Shown piece after piece: positions 1 through 8,462 of a stretch of DNA of 15,254 nucleotides (position 1 is the first letter of the stretch; each line of letters starts with the position of its first letter). The notes beneath the pieces are model-generated. The model was not told where the DNA came from and ran no database searches. It worked only from the letters and a program-made list of their open reading frames with translations. This DNA comes from an uncultured archaeon (GTDB taxonomy: Archaea; Asgardarchaeota; Heimdallarchaeia; Heimdallarchaeales; Kariarchaeaceae): positions 18,249 through 33,502 of the forward strand of contig CAZYCQ010000018.1 of NCBI GenBank assembly GCA_964645535.1, given 5' to 3'. A program made the position numbers and the translations under genes.

Positions 1-11
1 CTTCTGCTATT

Positions 12-383
12 GTGGACAACACTTCCATGCTTAAATTTTATGGGCGTGAAATTGGATTTGGTGCTCTCATTGGAATTTTGACGGTAGGTCTCACCGTCTC
101 TTTTTCACTCATCACCTTTTACCTTGGGATAGATGTTTTCGTTCTGCTTTTTCCATTCTTGTTAGGAATACAGTTGCTATATTTTCTCCTCTATTCATTT
201 TGGATACTTTGGTTCGGCTTTTCACCGTCCTATCAGGCAATAATGCAACGTTTCTTCAAAAAGAAACCCCATGAAACGTCTGAACAAGAACTTACTGGAA
301 AAGGTATCCGGTATCTGATATCCGGTCTTGCAATCCTCCTTCTCTTCGACTTGTCAACCAAAATAGTTTTCAATATTGTCTAA
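12..383 (+). CDS. Hypothetical small multi-pass membrane protein (possibly 5'-truncated by the window edge)
   Basis: The ORF starts at GTG 12, but the frame stays open back to base 3, so the true start may lie upstream of the window. The product is very hydrophobic, with 3-4 predicted TM segments (GALIGILTVGLTVSFSLITFYL, VFVLLFPFLLGIQLLYFLLYSFWILWF, YLISGLAILLLF). I recognise no family motif. Confidence 0.45.
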   Translation: MDNTSMLKFYGREIGFGALIGILTVGLTVSFSLITFYLGIDVFVLLFPFLLGIQLLYFLLYSFWILWFGFSPSYQAIMQRFFKKKPHETSEQELTGKGIRYLISGLAILLLFDLSTKIVFNIV

Positions 384-446
384 AAAAGCATTTAAAATCA
401 ATGTCGTTATCCAAATTACTTAAGAATAGAGGTTCGATGAAAACCT

Positions 447-1559
447 ATGGCTTCTGCAGAAATGCCCTCTTCCCCAAAATCGGATGAGGATATTTTTCCA
501 GGCTCTCCAAAGGGAAGGGATGATGTTGTTCTTGAGGTTAGAAACCTAAGAAAATACTTCCCCATTCAGAGCCGGTCTGTTCTTTTTTCAAAGGTCATCG
601 GTCAAATCAAGGCCGTAGATGGAGTTGATTTGCAAATCTTCAAAGGGGAAATTCTTGGATTGGTCGGAGAATCTGGATGTGGAAAATCCACGTTATCGAA
701 AACCATTATTGGACTTGAAAAACCCACCACCGGACAGGTTCTTTATTTCAACCATGATTCAGATGAAGAACTGCTTATTGATGTGCATCATCCAAAATCC
801 AAAAAGGAACTGATGGCTGTAAGACGTAACATTCAGATGGTTTTCCAAGACCCATATAATTCCCTTAATCCCCGCAGATTGGTTAAGAACACGCTGAAGG
901 AGCCTTTGATTATCCACAAGTTGGAAAAAGGAAGGGAAGATGAAGTAGTAATTGAGATGTTGAAGAAGGTCGGACTTGAGGATTACCATGCGCTCCGGTA
1001 TCCGCACGAGTTCTCTGGTGGTCAACGGCAACGAATTGGCCTTGCCAGAGCCCTGATAATGAAACCTGAATTAATCATTGCGGATGAACCGGTCTCTGCT
1101 CTTGATGTTTCCGTCCAAGCCTCAATTCTTAACTTAATGCAGGATTTACAACAAGAGTTCAATGTTTCAATGATATTCATCGCCCATGATCTCTCTGTTG
1201 TCAAACATGTCTCAAACCGGGTTGCTGTCATGTATCTCGGAAGAATTGTGGAAATCGGTCCAACCGATATGGTCTTTGACCGGCCTGCCCATCCATATAC
1301 CGTCTCCTTACTATCCGCCATTCCATTTCCGGATCCTGACATCAAAAAGAAAAGGATTATCTTGGAAGGTGATGTTCCATCTCCCGTTAACTTACCAAAA
1401 GGATGTCGTTTTGCACCTAGATGTTACAAGGCACAAGACAAATGCCATGAAGAAGAACCCTTGCTTGAAGAGATAAGGCCAAATCTATGGGCTGCCTGTC
1501 ATTATCCGGAAGATGAACAGGTCATTTTCTTTGATTTGGTGGAGGCTGAACAGTCATGA
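447..1559 (+). CDS. ABC transporter ATP-binding protein, OppF/DppF-like (peptide/nickel family)
   Basis: Walker A is GESGCGKST, the Q-loop is VFQDP, the signature is FSGGQRQR, Walker B is LIIADEPVSALD and the H-loop is IAHDL. The C-terminal oligopeptide-type extension carries four Cys (CRFAPRC...C...C). Confidence 0.9.
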   Translation: MASAEMPSSPKSDEDIFPGSPKGRDDVVLEVRNLRKYFPIQSRSVLFSKVIGQIKAVDGVDLQIFKGEILGLVGESGCGKSTLSKTIIGLEKPTTGQVLYFNHDSDEELLIDVHHPKSKKELMAVRRNIQMVFQDPYNSLNPRRLVKNTLKEPLIIHKLEKGREDEVVIEMLKKVGLEDYHALRYPHEFSGGQRQRIGLARALIMKPELIIADEPVSALDVSVQASILNLMQDLQQEFNVSMIFIAHDLSVVKHVSNRVAVMYLGRIVEIGPTDMVFDRPAHPYTVSLLSAIPFPDPDIKKKRIILEGDVPSPVNLPKGCRFAPRCYKAQDKCHEEEPLLEEIRPNLWAACHYPEDEQVIFFDLVEAEQS

Positions 1560-2548
1560 CAGAAGAGACTCAAATCCCGAGATCCCGATTGAAATCTATA
1601 TTTGGTCGTTTTCGATCTCTGTTTGCACCTATATTTGCTTATTTGAACCCTATCTTTGTTCGTTTGAAACCTATATTTATTCGCTTGAAATCCGTGCTTA
1701 TATCTTTGTTGACCAGTCCCACAACAATCTGGTTTGCATCCCTCTATCTTTTCTCCCTACTCGCAATTATTATTTTCAACTTTGTGAGGACAGGATATGA
1801 TATCGAATCAATTGGATCTGCACCTAATTATTATGCTTCTCTTTTCCTCCATTATGGGCTGAATGCCCGTTCTACATATGATTCTCCAATCGCAGAAGGA
1901 ATTATGAGCTGGATCTTTACTCCTTTCTTGGTTGTCTTCCTTGGTTTGGCTCTGTTTTTTATCAAAGAAGCAGGATGGGCATATAACAGTCCGTATTTTG
2001 ATTTCAGCCAAATCAACAAAACCTATGCTTTTTTCAGTCACAATGTTTTTGGCTACGAGGTAATATTTTTTGGTCAGAAGGGCAATGCTTTCTTCATCGG
2101 AATGGTTTGGTTACCGATAATTGCAGCGTCTGTCGTCACAATTATGTACAAACTCCATACAAAAAGGGAAACTTGGATTGTTACAAGATTTGCGATCAAC
2201 TTACTTATTTCCTTCAAACTTGGAATGGAAATGGCAAAAATGACAGATCCTAACTTGCATTTCAACTGGAATGAATTCATCCCTACACTGATCGAACATC
2301 GATACACAAACAATTTTGTGGTATTTTCTGGTCATTATCATCCTTTTATGATGATGGTTCTTCTTACCTTTGTCCAAATAGTTCCTATGATTGTTCTTGG
2401 TTTAATGGAGGGTGGATACAAAAGCCTGAAAATCTATTTGCAAAAAAGGGAGATCTTCAAATCCGATGATGACAAAACCGTTCAGATTTCCACCCAATCG
2501 TTGCCTTGGATGGAAGAGTTTGGGGAGGAAATATATGAAGAGGAGTGA
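1556..2548 (+). CDS. Unclassified polytopic membrane protein with N-terminal heptad repeats and an acidic C-terminal tail
   Basis: Its ATG overlaps the upstream stop (ATGA at 1556-1559), and its stop lies 6 nt before the next ATPase start. There are at least 5 hydrophobic segments. I see no EAA-loop motif of canonical OppB/C permeases. The tail reads EEFGEEIYEEE. Confidence 0.6.
   Translation: MTEETQIPRSRLKSIFGRFRSLFAPIFAYLNPIFVRLKPIFIRLKSVLISLLTSPTTIWFASLYLFSLLAIIIFNFVRTGYDIESIGSAPNYYASLFLHYGLNARSTYDSPIAEGIMSWIFTPFLVVFLGLALFFIKEAGWAYNSPYFDFSQINKTYAFFSHNVFGYEVIFFGQKGNAFFIGMVWLPIIAASVVTIMYKLHTKRETWIVTRFAINLLISFKLGMEMAKMTDPNLHFNWNEFIPTLIEHRYTNNFVVFSGHYHPFMMMVLLTFVQIVPMIVLGLMEGGYKSLKIYLQKREIFKSDDDKTVQISTQSLPWMEEFGEEIYEEE
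1589..1705 (+). repeat. In-frame imperfect 21-nt tandem repeats encoding L(K/N)(P/S)IFxR heptads
   Basis: The units are ttgaaatctatatttggtcgt (1589-1609), ttgaaccctatctttgttcgt (1643-1663), ttgaaacctatatttattcgc (1664-1684) and ttgaaatccgtgcttatatct (1685-1705). They translate to LKSIFGR / LNPIFVR / LKPIFIR / LKSVLIS. Confidence 0.7.
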
Positions 2549-2554
2549 GAATTA

Positions 2555-3658
2555 ATGAGTGAGCTAAAGACAGAAGAACAGACGGTATCAACAAATTCAA
2601 AGGAAGTTATTCTGGATGTACGGGACATCTATACCTATTTCAGGACAGAAAGCGGTGTAGTAAAGGCTCTTGATGGTGTTTCTTTTGACATTCGGAAAAA
2701 TGAGGCTGTCGGTATAGTCGGTGAAAGTGGTTGCGGAAAGACAGTGACCTCCAGATCAATTCTGAGAATTCTACCAAAAAATGGTGAAGTTGTTTCTGGA
2801 GAGATCTATTATAAGGGAATAAACCTTCTTGATCTGACTCAAGATCAAATGCGAACCGTTCGAGGAAGGGAAATTGCCTTGCTCTTTCAAGACCCTCTTT
2901 CCTCTCTCAATCCAGTTCTTTCAATCCGTGAACAGATGGTTGATGTCATCAAACTCCATCGGAGAAAAACAGAGGAACGGGAAATCCGCAAGCCCAATGG
3001 AGAGACCGAAATTGTCAAAGTCAAACGCCGTTTAACAGATGAAGAAGCCGCTGAAATCGCCATTGAGATGATGAAGGCAGTGGGTATCCCTGAGGCTGAG
3101 AAACGGTTTGATGATTATCCCCACCAATATTCTGGCGGAATGAGACAAAGGATTCTTATCGCTCGAGCACTTGCTCTCCAACCCAATCTTCTTATTGCAG
3201 ATGAGCCAACAACAGCTCTTGATGTTACTATCCAGGCGCAAGTCTTGGATATCATTCAAAGAATGAGAAAGGAATTGGGTCTCTCACTCATGCTCATCAC
3301 TCACAATCTAGGTGTCGTTGCTGAAAACACTGATCGTATTCATGTTTTCTACGGTGGACGGGTGGTGGAATCTGGTCCTACCCGAGATATTTTCAAAGAT
3401 CCCCATCATCCCTATACAATAGCGCTGTTGGAATCAATTCCGTCCTTCAAAAAAGGAAAAGGCAAGCTTTCAACCATTCCTGGTTCTGTTCCTCAATTAA
3501 TCAACCCACCTAAAGGCTGTAGGTTCCATCCAAGATGTAAATATAAGACCGATATCTGTGAAACCCGACCAAAAATGGAAAAGATCGGTAAGGACAGGTA
3601 TGTTGCCTGTTTCCATGTGGACAAGGTACTTGCAGACAGGAAAAAAGCCAACAAGTGA
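2555..3658 (+). CDS. ABC transporter ATP-binding protein, OppD/DppD-like
   Basis: Walker A is GESGCGKTV, the Q-loop is LFQDP, the signature is YSGGMRQR, Walker B is LLIADEPTTALD and the H-loop is ITHNL. The C-terminal extension carries CRFHPRC...C...C. A roughly 35-aa charged insertion lies between the Q-loop and the signature. Confidence 0.9.
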   Translation: MSELKTEEQTVSTNSKEVILDVRDIYTYFRTESGVVKALDGVSFDIRKNEAVGIVGESGCGKTVTSRSILRILPKNGEVVSGEIYYKGINLLDLTQDQMRTVRGREIALLFQDPLSSLNPVLSIREQMVDVIKLHRRKTEEREIRKPNGETEIVKVKRRLTDEEAAEIAIEMMKAVGIPEAEKRFDDYPHQYSGGMRQRILIARALALQPNLLIADEPTTALDVTIQAQVLDIIQRMRKELGLSLMLITHNLGVVAENTDRIHVFYGGRVVESGPTRDIFKDPHHPYTIALLESIPSFKKGKGKLSTIPGSVPQLINPPKGCRFHPRCKYKTDICETRPKMEKIGKDRYVACFHVDKVLADRKKANK

Positions 3659-3705
3659 GTCAAAAGCCAAAATACAGATATAGCCATTGTCCCTTTCATA
3701 ATTAG

Positions 3706-4110
3706 ATGAGTTCTAAAATTCGGGTTGTAGTAGCGAAACCTGGTTTAGATGGTCATGATCGTGGTGCCAAAATTGTTGCTCGTGCCCTTCGTGATGCAGG
3801 CATGGAAGTGATTTACACAGGCCTTCACCAAACCCCCGAACAGATTGTTGAAGTTGCCTTGCAAGAGGATGCAAATGCCATTGGGCTTTCCATACTGTCT
3901 GGAGCGCATAAGGTGCTTTTCAAAAAAGTCATGGATTTACTCAAGGAGAAAAATGCCACTGATATTGTTGTGTTTGGTGGAGGCGTAATTCCAGAGAAGG
4001 ATATCCCATATCTGAAAGAATTAGGGGTAAAGGAAATCTTTGGCCCTGGCGCACCTTTGGAAAAAATAGTGCAATTCGTGAAAGAGAACGTGAAGCCAGC
4101 AGGCGTTTAG
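3706..4110 (+). CDS. Methylmalonyl-CoA mutase, small subunit (cobalamin-binding domain)
   Basis: The B12-binding DxHxxG motif is present (LDGHDRGAK), together with SxL (GLSILSG) and GG (VFGGGVIP). The 134-aa size is typical of the archaeal split MCM. Confidence 0.9.
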   Translation: MSSKIRVVVAKPGLDGHDRGAKIVARALRDAGMEVIYTGLHQTPEQIVEVALQEDANAIGLSILSGAHKVLFKKVMDLLKEKNATDIVVFGGGVIPEKDIPYLKELGVKEIFGPGAPLEKIVQFVKENVKPAGV

Positions 4111-4119
4111 GTGATTGTT

Positions 4120-5685
4120 ATGGATGAGAAAGAGTTTTTTACCAGTTCAGGTATCAAGATTCCCCCCTTTCTACAAAAATATGATGTTAACCTTCCTGCT
4201 CCTGGTGAATATCCATTTACCAGGGGTGTCTATCCCACCATGTATCGTGGAAGAAAATGGACAATGAGACAGTATTCTGGGTTTTCAACGGCAGAAGAGA
4301 CCAACCGTCGTTTCCATCTCCTTTTGGAACGCGGACAGACTGGACTTTCAGTTGCTTTTGATCTTCCCACTCAAATGGGGCTTGATTCATCAGATCCGCG
4401 TACTGAAGGGGAAGTTGGCAAAGTCGGAGTTGCTATTGATACCGTGGAGGACATGAAACTTCTTTTCCAAGGTATTGACCTTTCCAAAATATCGACGTCG
4501 ATGACAATCAATGCCCCTGCCATGGTACTTTTGGCCATGTATATTGTGGTAGCTGAAGAAGATGGTGTTGATCCAACAGAAATCTCAGGTACTATCCAAA
4601 ATGACATCCTGAAAGAATATATTGCACGAGGTACGTATATCTTTCCTCCCGAACCATCAATGAGGCTCATCACAAACATTTTCGAATATTGCTCAAAACA
4701 TCATCCCAAATTCAATACTATCAGCATAAGTGGTTACCATATTCGCGAAGCTGGCGCAACAGCTGTTCAAGAACTTGCCTTCACTCTTGCAAATGCCAAA
4801 GCGTATGTGCGAGCCGCAGTGGATGCAGGGCTGGATGTTGATGCCTTTGCACCCCGATTAAGTTTCTTTTTCAATGCTCATAATGATTTCCTTGAAGAAA
4901 TTGCAAAATTCAGGGCTGCAAGAAGAATGTGGGCAAAGATCATGAAGGAAGAATTCGGTGCGAAAAAACCAAAATCAATGATGCTTCGTTTCCATACACA
5001 AACCGCAGGAAGCACCTTAACTGCCCAACAACCTGAAAACAACATTGTCAGAGTAACTCTTCAAGCATTGGCTGCGGTGTTGGGAGGTACACAATCACTG
5101 CATACAAACAGCATGGACGAAGCTTTAGCTCTCCCAACCGATAAGGCTGCAACTATTGCACTAAGGACTCAGCAAATCATCGCCGAAGAAAGTGGAGTCC
5201 CTAACACCATTGATCCGCTTGGTGGATCATATTACATTGAATGGCTTACTGATAAGTTGGAAGAGGAAGCCACTCAACTCATTGAAGAAGTTGAAAAGAT
5301 TGGTGTCCTCGAAGCGATTTCCTCTGGAATGATTCAACGTGCCATCCAGGAATCCGCTTATCGGTACCAACTTGAAATCGATTCAAAGAAACGAAAAATT
5401 GTTGGTGTCAATTCATATGTTCAAGAAGAGGACTTGGACTTTGACATCCTTGAAGTTGATGAAAAGATCCGTGATGAACAAATCAAGAGAATTGAAGCAA
5501 TTAAGGCTCAAAGGGACAATGAAGCTGTGACCAACGCTTTGCACTCACTTCGGGAGGCCTGTCGTGGAACTGACAACCTTTTCCCATATGTCATTGATGC
5601 AGTGCGTGCAAGATGTACGATCGGTGAAATCTGTGGAACTATGAAAGAGGTTTTTGGCACATACCAACCTGTAGATTCAATTTAA
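4120..5685 (+). CDS. Methylmalonyl-CoA mutase, large (catalytic, N-terminal TIM-barrel) subunit
   Basis: The diagnostic stretch [23 protein letters not shown] is present, and family-like sequence continues along the whole length. The ORF track starts at GTG 4111. I prefer ATG 4120 because GGTGA (4110-4114) sits 5 nt upstream, the same SD geometry seen at rpl2. Confidence 0.9.
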   Translation: MDEKEFFTSSGIKIPPFLQKYDVNLPAPGEYPFTRGVYPTMYRGRKWTMRQYSGFSTAEETNRRFHLLLERGQTGLSVAFDLPTQMGLDSSDPRTEGEVGKVGVAIDTVEDMKLLFQGIDLSKISTSMTINAPAMVLLAMYIVVAEEDGVDPTEISGTIQNDILKEYIARGTYIFPPEPSMRLITNIFEYCSKHHPKFNTISISGYHIREAGATAVQELAFTLANAKAYVRAAVDAGLDVDAFAPRLSFFFNAHNDFLEEIAKFRAARRMWAKIMKEEFGAKKPKSMMLRFHTQTAGSTLTAQQPENNIVRVTLQALAAVLGGTQSLHTNSMDEALALPTDKAATIALRTQQIIAEESGVPNTIDPLGGSYYIEWLTDKLEEEATQLIEEVEKIGVLEAISSGMIQRAIQESAYRYQLEIDSKKRKIVGVNSYVQEEDLDFDILEVDEKIRDEQIKRIEAIKAQRDNEAVTNALHSLREACRGTDNLFPYVIDAVRARCTIGEICGTMKEVFGTYQPVDSI

Positions 5686-6278
5686 TGTCCCTTTGTCAGT
5701 TCTGTTCCTGCGGTCTCGGATTTCGATTGTTCTGGTTCATCTGTAATGACTATCGAAAGCAACCTTTCTCGTATTTTCCATTGATTGAGCAATTCAATTG
5801 TTGATGGGTAAACATTCTGATCAATAGGTTCCTGATCGATTATTGCCTGTCTGATGGCAGTTGCTGAATACTTCTCTCGTTCATAGACTCCTGTCCGTTC
5901 TGTCTTGAGCCCCGCTTCTTTGAACAGGTTGATGGTGAACGGATTATTGCTGAACATGACATCGAATGGGGGAAGAAGTCGTTTGAGGTGTGTCACCCAA
6001 AGTGCGTTATCAAAAATATCTTGGGCTGGGAGTATCCATACTCTATGCATGGGAATCTTGGCCTCAATTAAGGCATTTCTTACCATTTCCAATCTCTCTC
6101 CTGCTGTCAGTGGATTTTTCAACGTATGACTTATCTGTGCCGCTGCAATTACCACCAGAAGTTCGTCAACCCGTTGCAGGATTTCCCGTATCACTTCAAT
6201 GTGACCTCGGTGAATTGGCTGAAATCGAGCAATAAACAATCCTCGCACACTCTGACATTGGATATGTGAATTTATCAT
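5682..6278 (-). CDS. nadM: Nicotinamide-nucleotide adenylyltransferase (archaeal NMNAT)
   Basis: [19 protein letters not shown] matches the archaeal NMNAT N-terminus and its (T/H)xGH nucleotidyltransferase motif, and [13 protein letters not shown] is conserved. The start may instead be GTG 6248 ([11 protein letters not shown]). The stop overlaps the mutase stop by 4 bp. Confidence 0.85.
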   Translation of the reverse strand: MINSHIQCQSVRGLFIARFQPIHRGHIEVIREILQRVDELLVVIAAAQISHTLKNPLTAGERLEMVRNALIEAKIPMHRVWILPAQDIFDNALWVTHLKRLLPPFDVMFSNNPFTINLFKEAGLKTERTGVYEREKYSATAIRQAIIDQEPIDQNVYPSTIELLNQWKIRERLLSIVITDEPEQSKSETAGTELTKGH

Positions 6279-6308
6279 TTTCTGTTCAAACGCGCAACCC
6301 TTCTAAAG

Positions 6309-6316
6309 TTTTAAAT
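6309..6316 (+). promoter_or_regulatory. Candidate archaeal TATA box for the rpl3 operon
   Basis: TTTTAAAT lies in the AT-rich intergenic DNA, about 75 nt upstream of the rpl3 coding start. A 5' UTR with an SD would follow it. Confidence 0.3.
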
Positions 6317-6391
6317 CAAGCAAAGTCCGATGAAAGATGAAGACTATGCCTAGGCAAGAAACCATAGGCCTCTAGCTTCAGGTGATGCGTA

Positions 6392-7396
6392 ATTACAGCA
6401 CGTACAAAACATTCACCACATAGAAGTAGTTTAGGATATAGAAGGTCTCGTGCAAGCAGTCACAAACCAAAGGTAAGAGGTTGGCCAAAATACGAAGGTG
6501 ATCCCAAGATTCTGGCATTTCCTGGTTTCAAAGCAGGAATGACCCGACTGATCTATAAAGAGGATTCTCCTAAGTCACACCTCGCCAATACAGACAGAAT
6601 TACTGCTGTGACTGTGATCGAAACACCTCCTGTCATTCTGATGGGTATGAGGACTTACAAACAGACACCTTATGGTCTGAAGATTCTGGCAGAAGCCAAA
6701 ATTCAAAGTCCTTCAAAGCACATCAAGAGAATCAAAGTAAGATTCCCCGACGAGGAGAAGTATAAGGAACAATTGAAGAAGGTTGAGGAAACCGCTGATC
6801 AGGCTGTACAACTAAGAGCCATTATTCACACCCAACCGGATCTTACAGGCATCGGAACCAAGAAACCAAGTATCTTTGAAATCCGAGTCGGTTGCAGGAA
6901 TGCTTCAGAAGGTATCGAATGGTTGAAGGAACGGATGGGCAAAGAACTTCAAATTGAAGATTTCACCAAACCTGGACAATATGTCGATGTTATCGGCATC
7001 ACTAAGGGTAAAGGTTTCCAAGGTCCCGTTAAAAGACATGGTGTAACCCTTCTTCAGCATAAATCCAAGCACACCAAGAGGGGTGTGGGTTCAATAGCCC
7101 CTTGGACTCCTGCAAGGGTTCAATGGGTTTTGCCCCGCTATGGTCAATTGGGTTACTTCCGAAGAACAGAATATAACAAAAGGGTAATGTTGATTGGGAC
7201 AAATCCTGATGAGATCAATCCCAAAGGTGATTTCATCAAATACGGCAAGGTCAGGAACCGATATGTTCTGCTCAAAGGTTCAGTCCCTGGACCAAAGAAA
7301 CGGATGGTTATTCTCAGGGACGGTGTCCGAAGTCAGAACAAGCTTATTGCCGAGCCGCGGATCACTTTTGTATCCCAAGAGTCCCACATGCGTTAG
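6392..7396 (+). CDS. rpl3: 50S ribosomal protein L3 (archaeal/eukaryotic type)
   Basis: The ORF track starts at ATG 6539. However, the same frame is open from the TGA at 6383-6385 and encodes the conserved L3 N-terminus (ITARTKHSPHRSSLGYRRSRASSHKPKVRGWP...ILAFPGFKAGMT). The only start-like codon is ATT 6392, 6 nt after AGGTGAT (6380-6386). The product call is firm; the start codon is uncertain. Confidence 0.85.
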   Translation: MTARTKHSPHRSSLGYRRSRASSHKPKVRGWPKYEGDPKILAFPGFKAGMTRLIYKEDSPKSHLANTDRITAVTVIETPPVILMGMRTYKQTPYGLKILAEAKIQSPSKHIKRIKVRFPDEEKYKEQLKKVEETADQAVQLRAIIHTQPDLTGIGTKKPSIFEIRVGCRNASEGIEWLKERMGKELQIEDFTKPGQYVDVIGITKGKGFQGPVKRHGVTLLQHKSKHTKRGVGSIAPWTPARVQWVLPRYGQLGYFRRTEYNKRVMLIGTNPDEINPKGDFIKYGKVRNRYVLLKGSVPGPKKRMVILRDGVRSQNKLIAEPRITFVSQESHMR

Positions 7397-7409
7397 GAGG
7401 TAGAAATTA

Positions 7410-8183
7410 ATGGTAAGCGTACTTAATATGAAAGGAAACAAAACCAGAAAGAAAATTGAACTTCCTCCTGTATTCGAAACGGAATATAGGCCAGATGTGA
7501 TCCGTAGAGCCGTTCTCAGCGAACAGACCAAACAGAAACAACCTCAGGGCAGATATCCCTTGGCTGGCAGAATCGTAGCTGCTTCCTCTCTTGGTCCTGG
7601 ACGAGCTATGGCAAAAATCCCTCGGACACATGGAAGTGGGACACCTTCAGCAGGTAGAGGTGCGTTCGTCCACAGTACTGTTGGTGGAAAATTACTCTTT
7701 CCTCCAACCCCTGAAAAAATCATTGTGGAGAAAATTAATAAGAAAGAACACCGTTTAGCTCTGAAATCTGCTATCGCTGCCACAAAAGAAAGGGCATATG
7801 TCGAACAAAGAGGTCATAAGATAAACGAAAAGGTTCAGTTCCCACTCATTATCGAGGAAAAATTCACTGAGCTCTCCAAAACCGCAGAGGTGAAGGCTGT
7901 TCTTGAAAACCTAGGGTTGGGACCTGACCTTGAAAGATGCCAAGTCAAGAAAATCAGGGCTGGAAAAGGTAAACGACGTGGTCGAAAATACAGAAGAAAG
8001 GTCGGTCCCCTCATAGTGGTGACACAAGAATGTCCGCTATCCAAGGCTGCCAAAAATATTCCGGGTGTTGAAGTAATTGAACTCCGCCACATGAGGGTTG
8101 AAAAGCTTGCCCCCGGTGGTGACCCTGCTCGACTTACTGTTTGGACAGAAGAGGCAATCAAAAAGCTTGAGGAGATGGAGTGA
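7410..8183 (+). CDS. rpl4: 50S ribosomal protein L4 (L4/L1e)
   Basis: The archaeal L4 N-terminus is present (IELPPVFETEYRPDVIRRAV) and the gene sits after rpl3. GGAGGT lies 8 nt upstream of the ATG. Confidence 0.9.
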   Translation: MVSVLNMKGNKTRKKIELPPVFETEYRPDVIRRAVLSEQTKQKQPQGRYPLAGRIVAASSLGPGRAMAKIPRTHGSGTPSAGRGAFVHSTVGGKLLFPPTPEKIIVEKINKKEHRLALKSAIAATKERAYVEQRGHKINEKVQFPLIIEEKFTELSKTAEVKAVLENLGLGPDLERCQVKKIRAGKGKRRGRKYRRKVGPLIVVTQECPLSKAAKNIPGVEVIELRHMRVEKLAPGGDPARLTVWTEEAIKKLEEME

Positions 8184-8188
8184 TCAAA

Positions 8189-8449
8189 ATGGAGAACCAT
8201 GAAGTAATTATCAGACCAGTTTTCTCGGAAGCTGTGTATGACCTCATCATGAAGGACAATAAGATCCTTTTCGAGGTCAACAAGAATGCGAATAAGTTCC
8301 AGATCAAAAGAGCGGTGCAGGAACTGTACAACGTCAAGGTTGTCAAGGTGAATACAATGATCACTCCTCAAGGAGTCAAAAAAGCGATTGTCAAACTCGC
8401 TAAGGAATATCCTGCCGACGACCTTGCTGCTGAGCTCAACTTGTTCTAA
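8189..8449 (+). CDS. rpl23: 50S ribosomal protein L23
   Basis: MENHEVIIRPVFSEAV...KFQIKRAVQELYNVKV is typical of L23. The track start at GTG 8180 overlaps the rpl4 stop. ATG 8189 fits the usual L23 N-terminus better. Confidence 0.85.
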   Translation: MENHEVIIRPVFSEAVYDLIMKDNKILFEVNKNANKFQIKRAVQELYNVKVVKVNTMITPQGVKKAIVKLAKEYPADDLAAELNLF

Positions 8450-8462
8450 TGAGGTGACATGA

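Noticed and set aside
437-487. Out-of-frame ATG at 437 just after GAGGT (429-433), giving a 16-codon upstream ORF before the OppF-like gene
   Set aside because: It is very short with no conservation evidence, and the SD-to-ATG spacing of 3 nt is too tight. It is probably fortuitous.
6344-6369. Small hairpin(s) in the putative rpl3 5' UTR (CUAUG...CAUAG or GCCUA...UAGGC) as a possible r-protein autoregulatory site
   Set aside because: The stems are only 5 bp, there are competing alternatives, and I can verify no similarity to an rRNA binding site. This is too weak to call.
6325-6390. C/D-box-like strings (GATGAAAGATGAAG; GUGAUGC) upstream of rpl3
   Set aside because: There is no proper RUGAUGA/CUGA box pairing or terminal stem, and the location is consistent with an ordinary promoter and 5' UTR.
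6539-7396. ORF-track start of L3 at ATG 6539
   Set aside because: That Met aligns with the internal KAGMT motif of L3. About 50 conserved N-terminal residues are encoded in frame upstream, so this start would truncate the protein.
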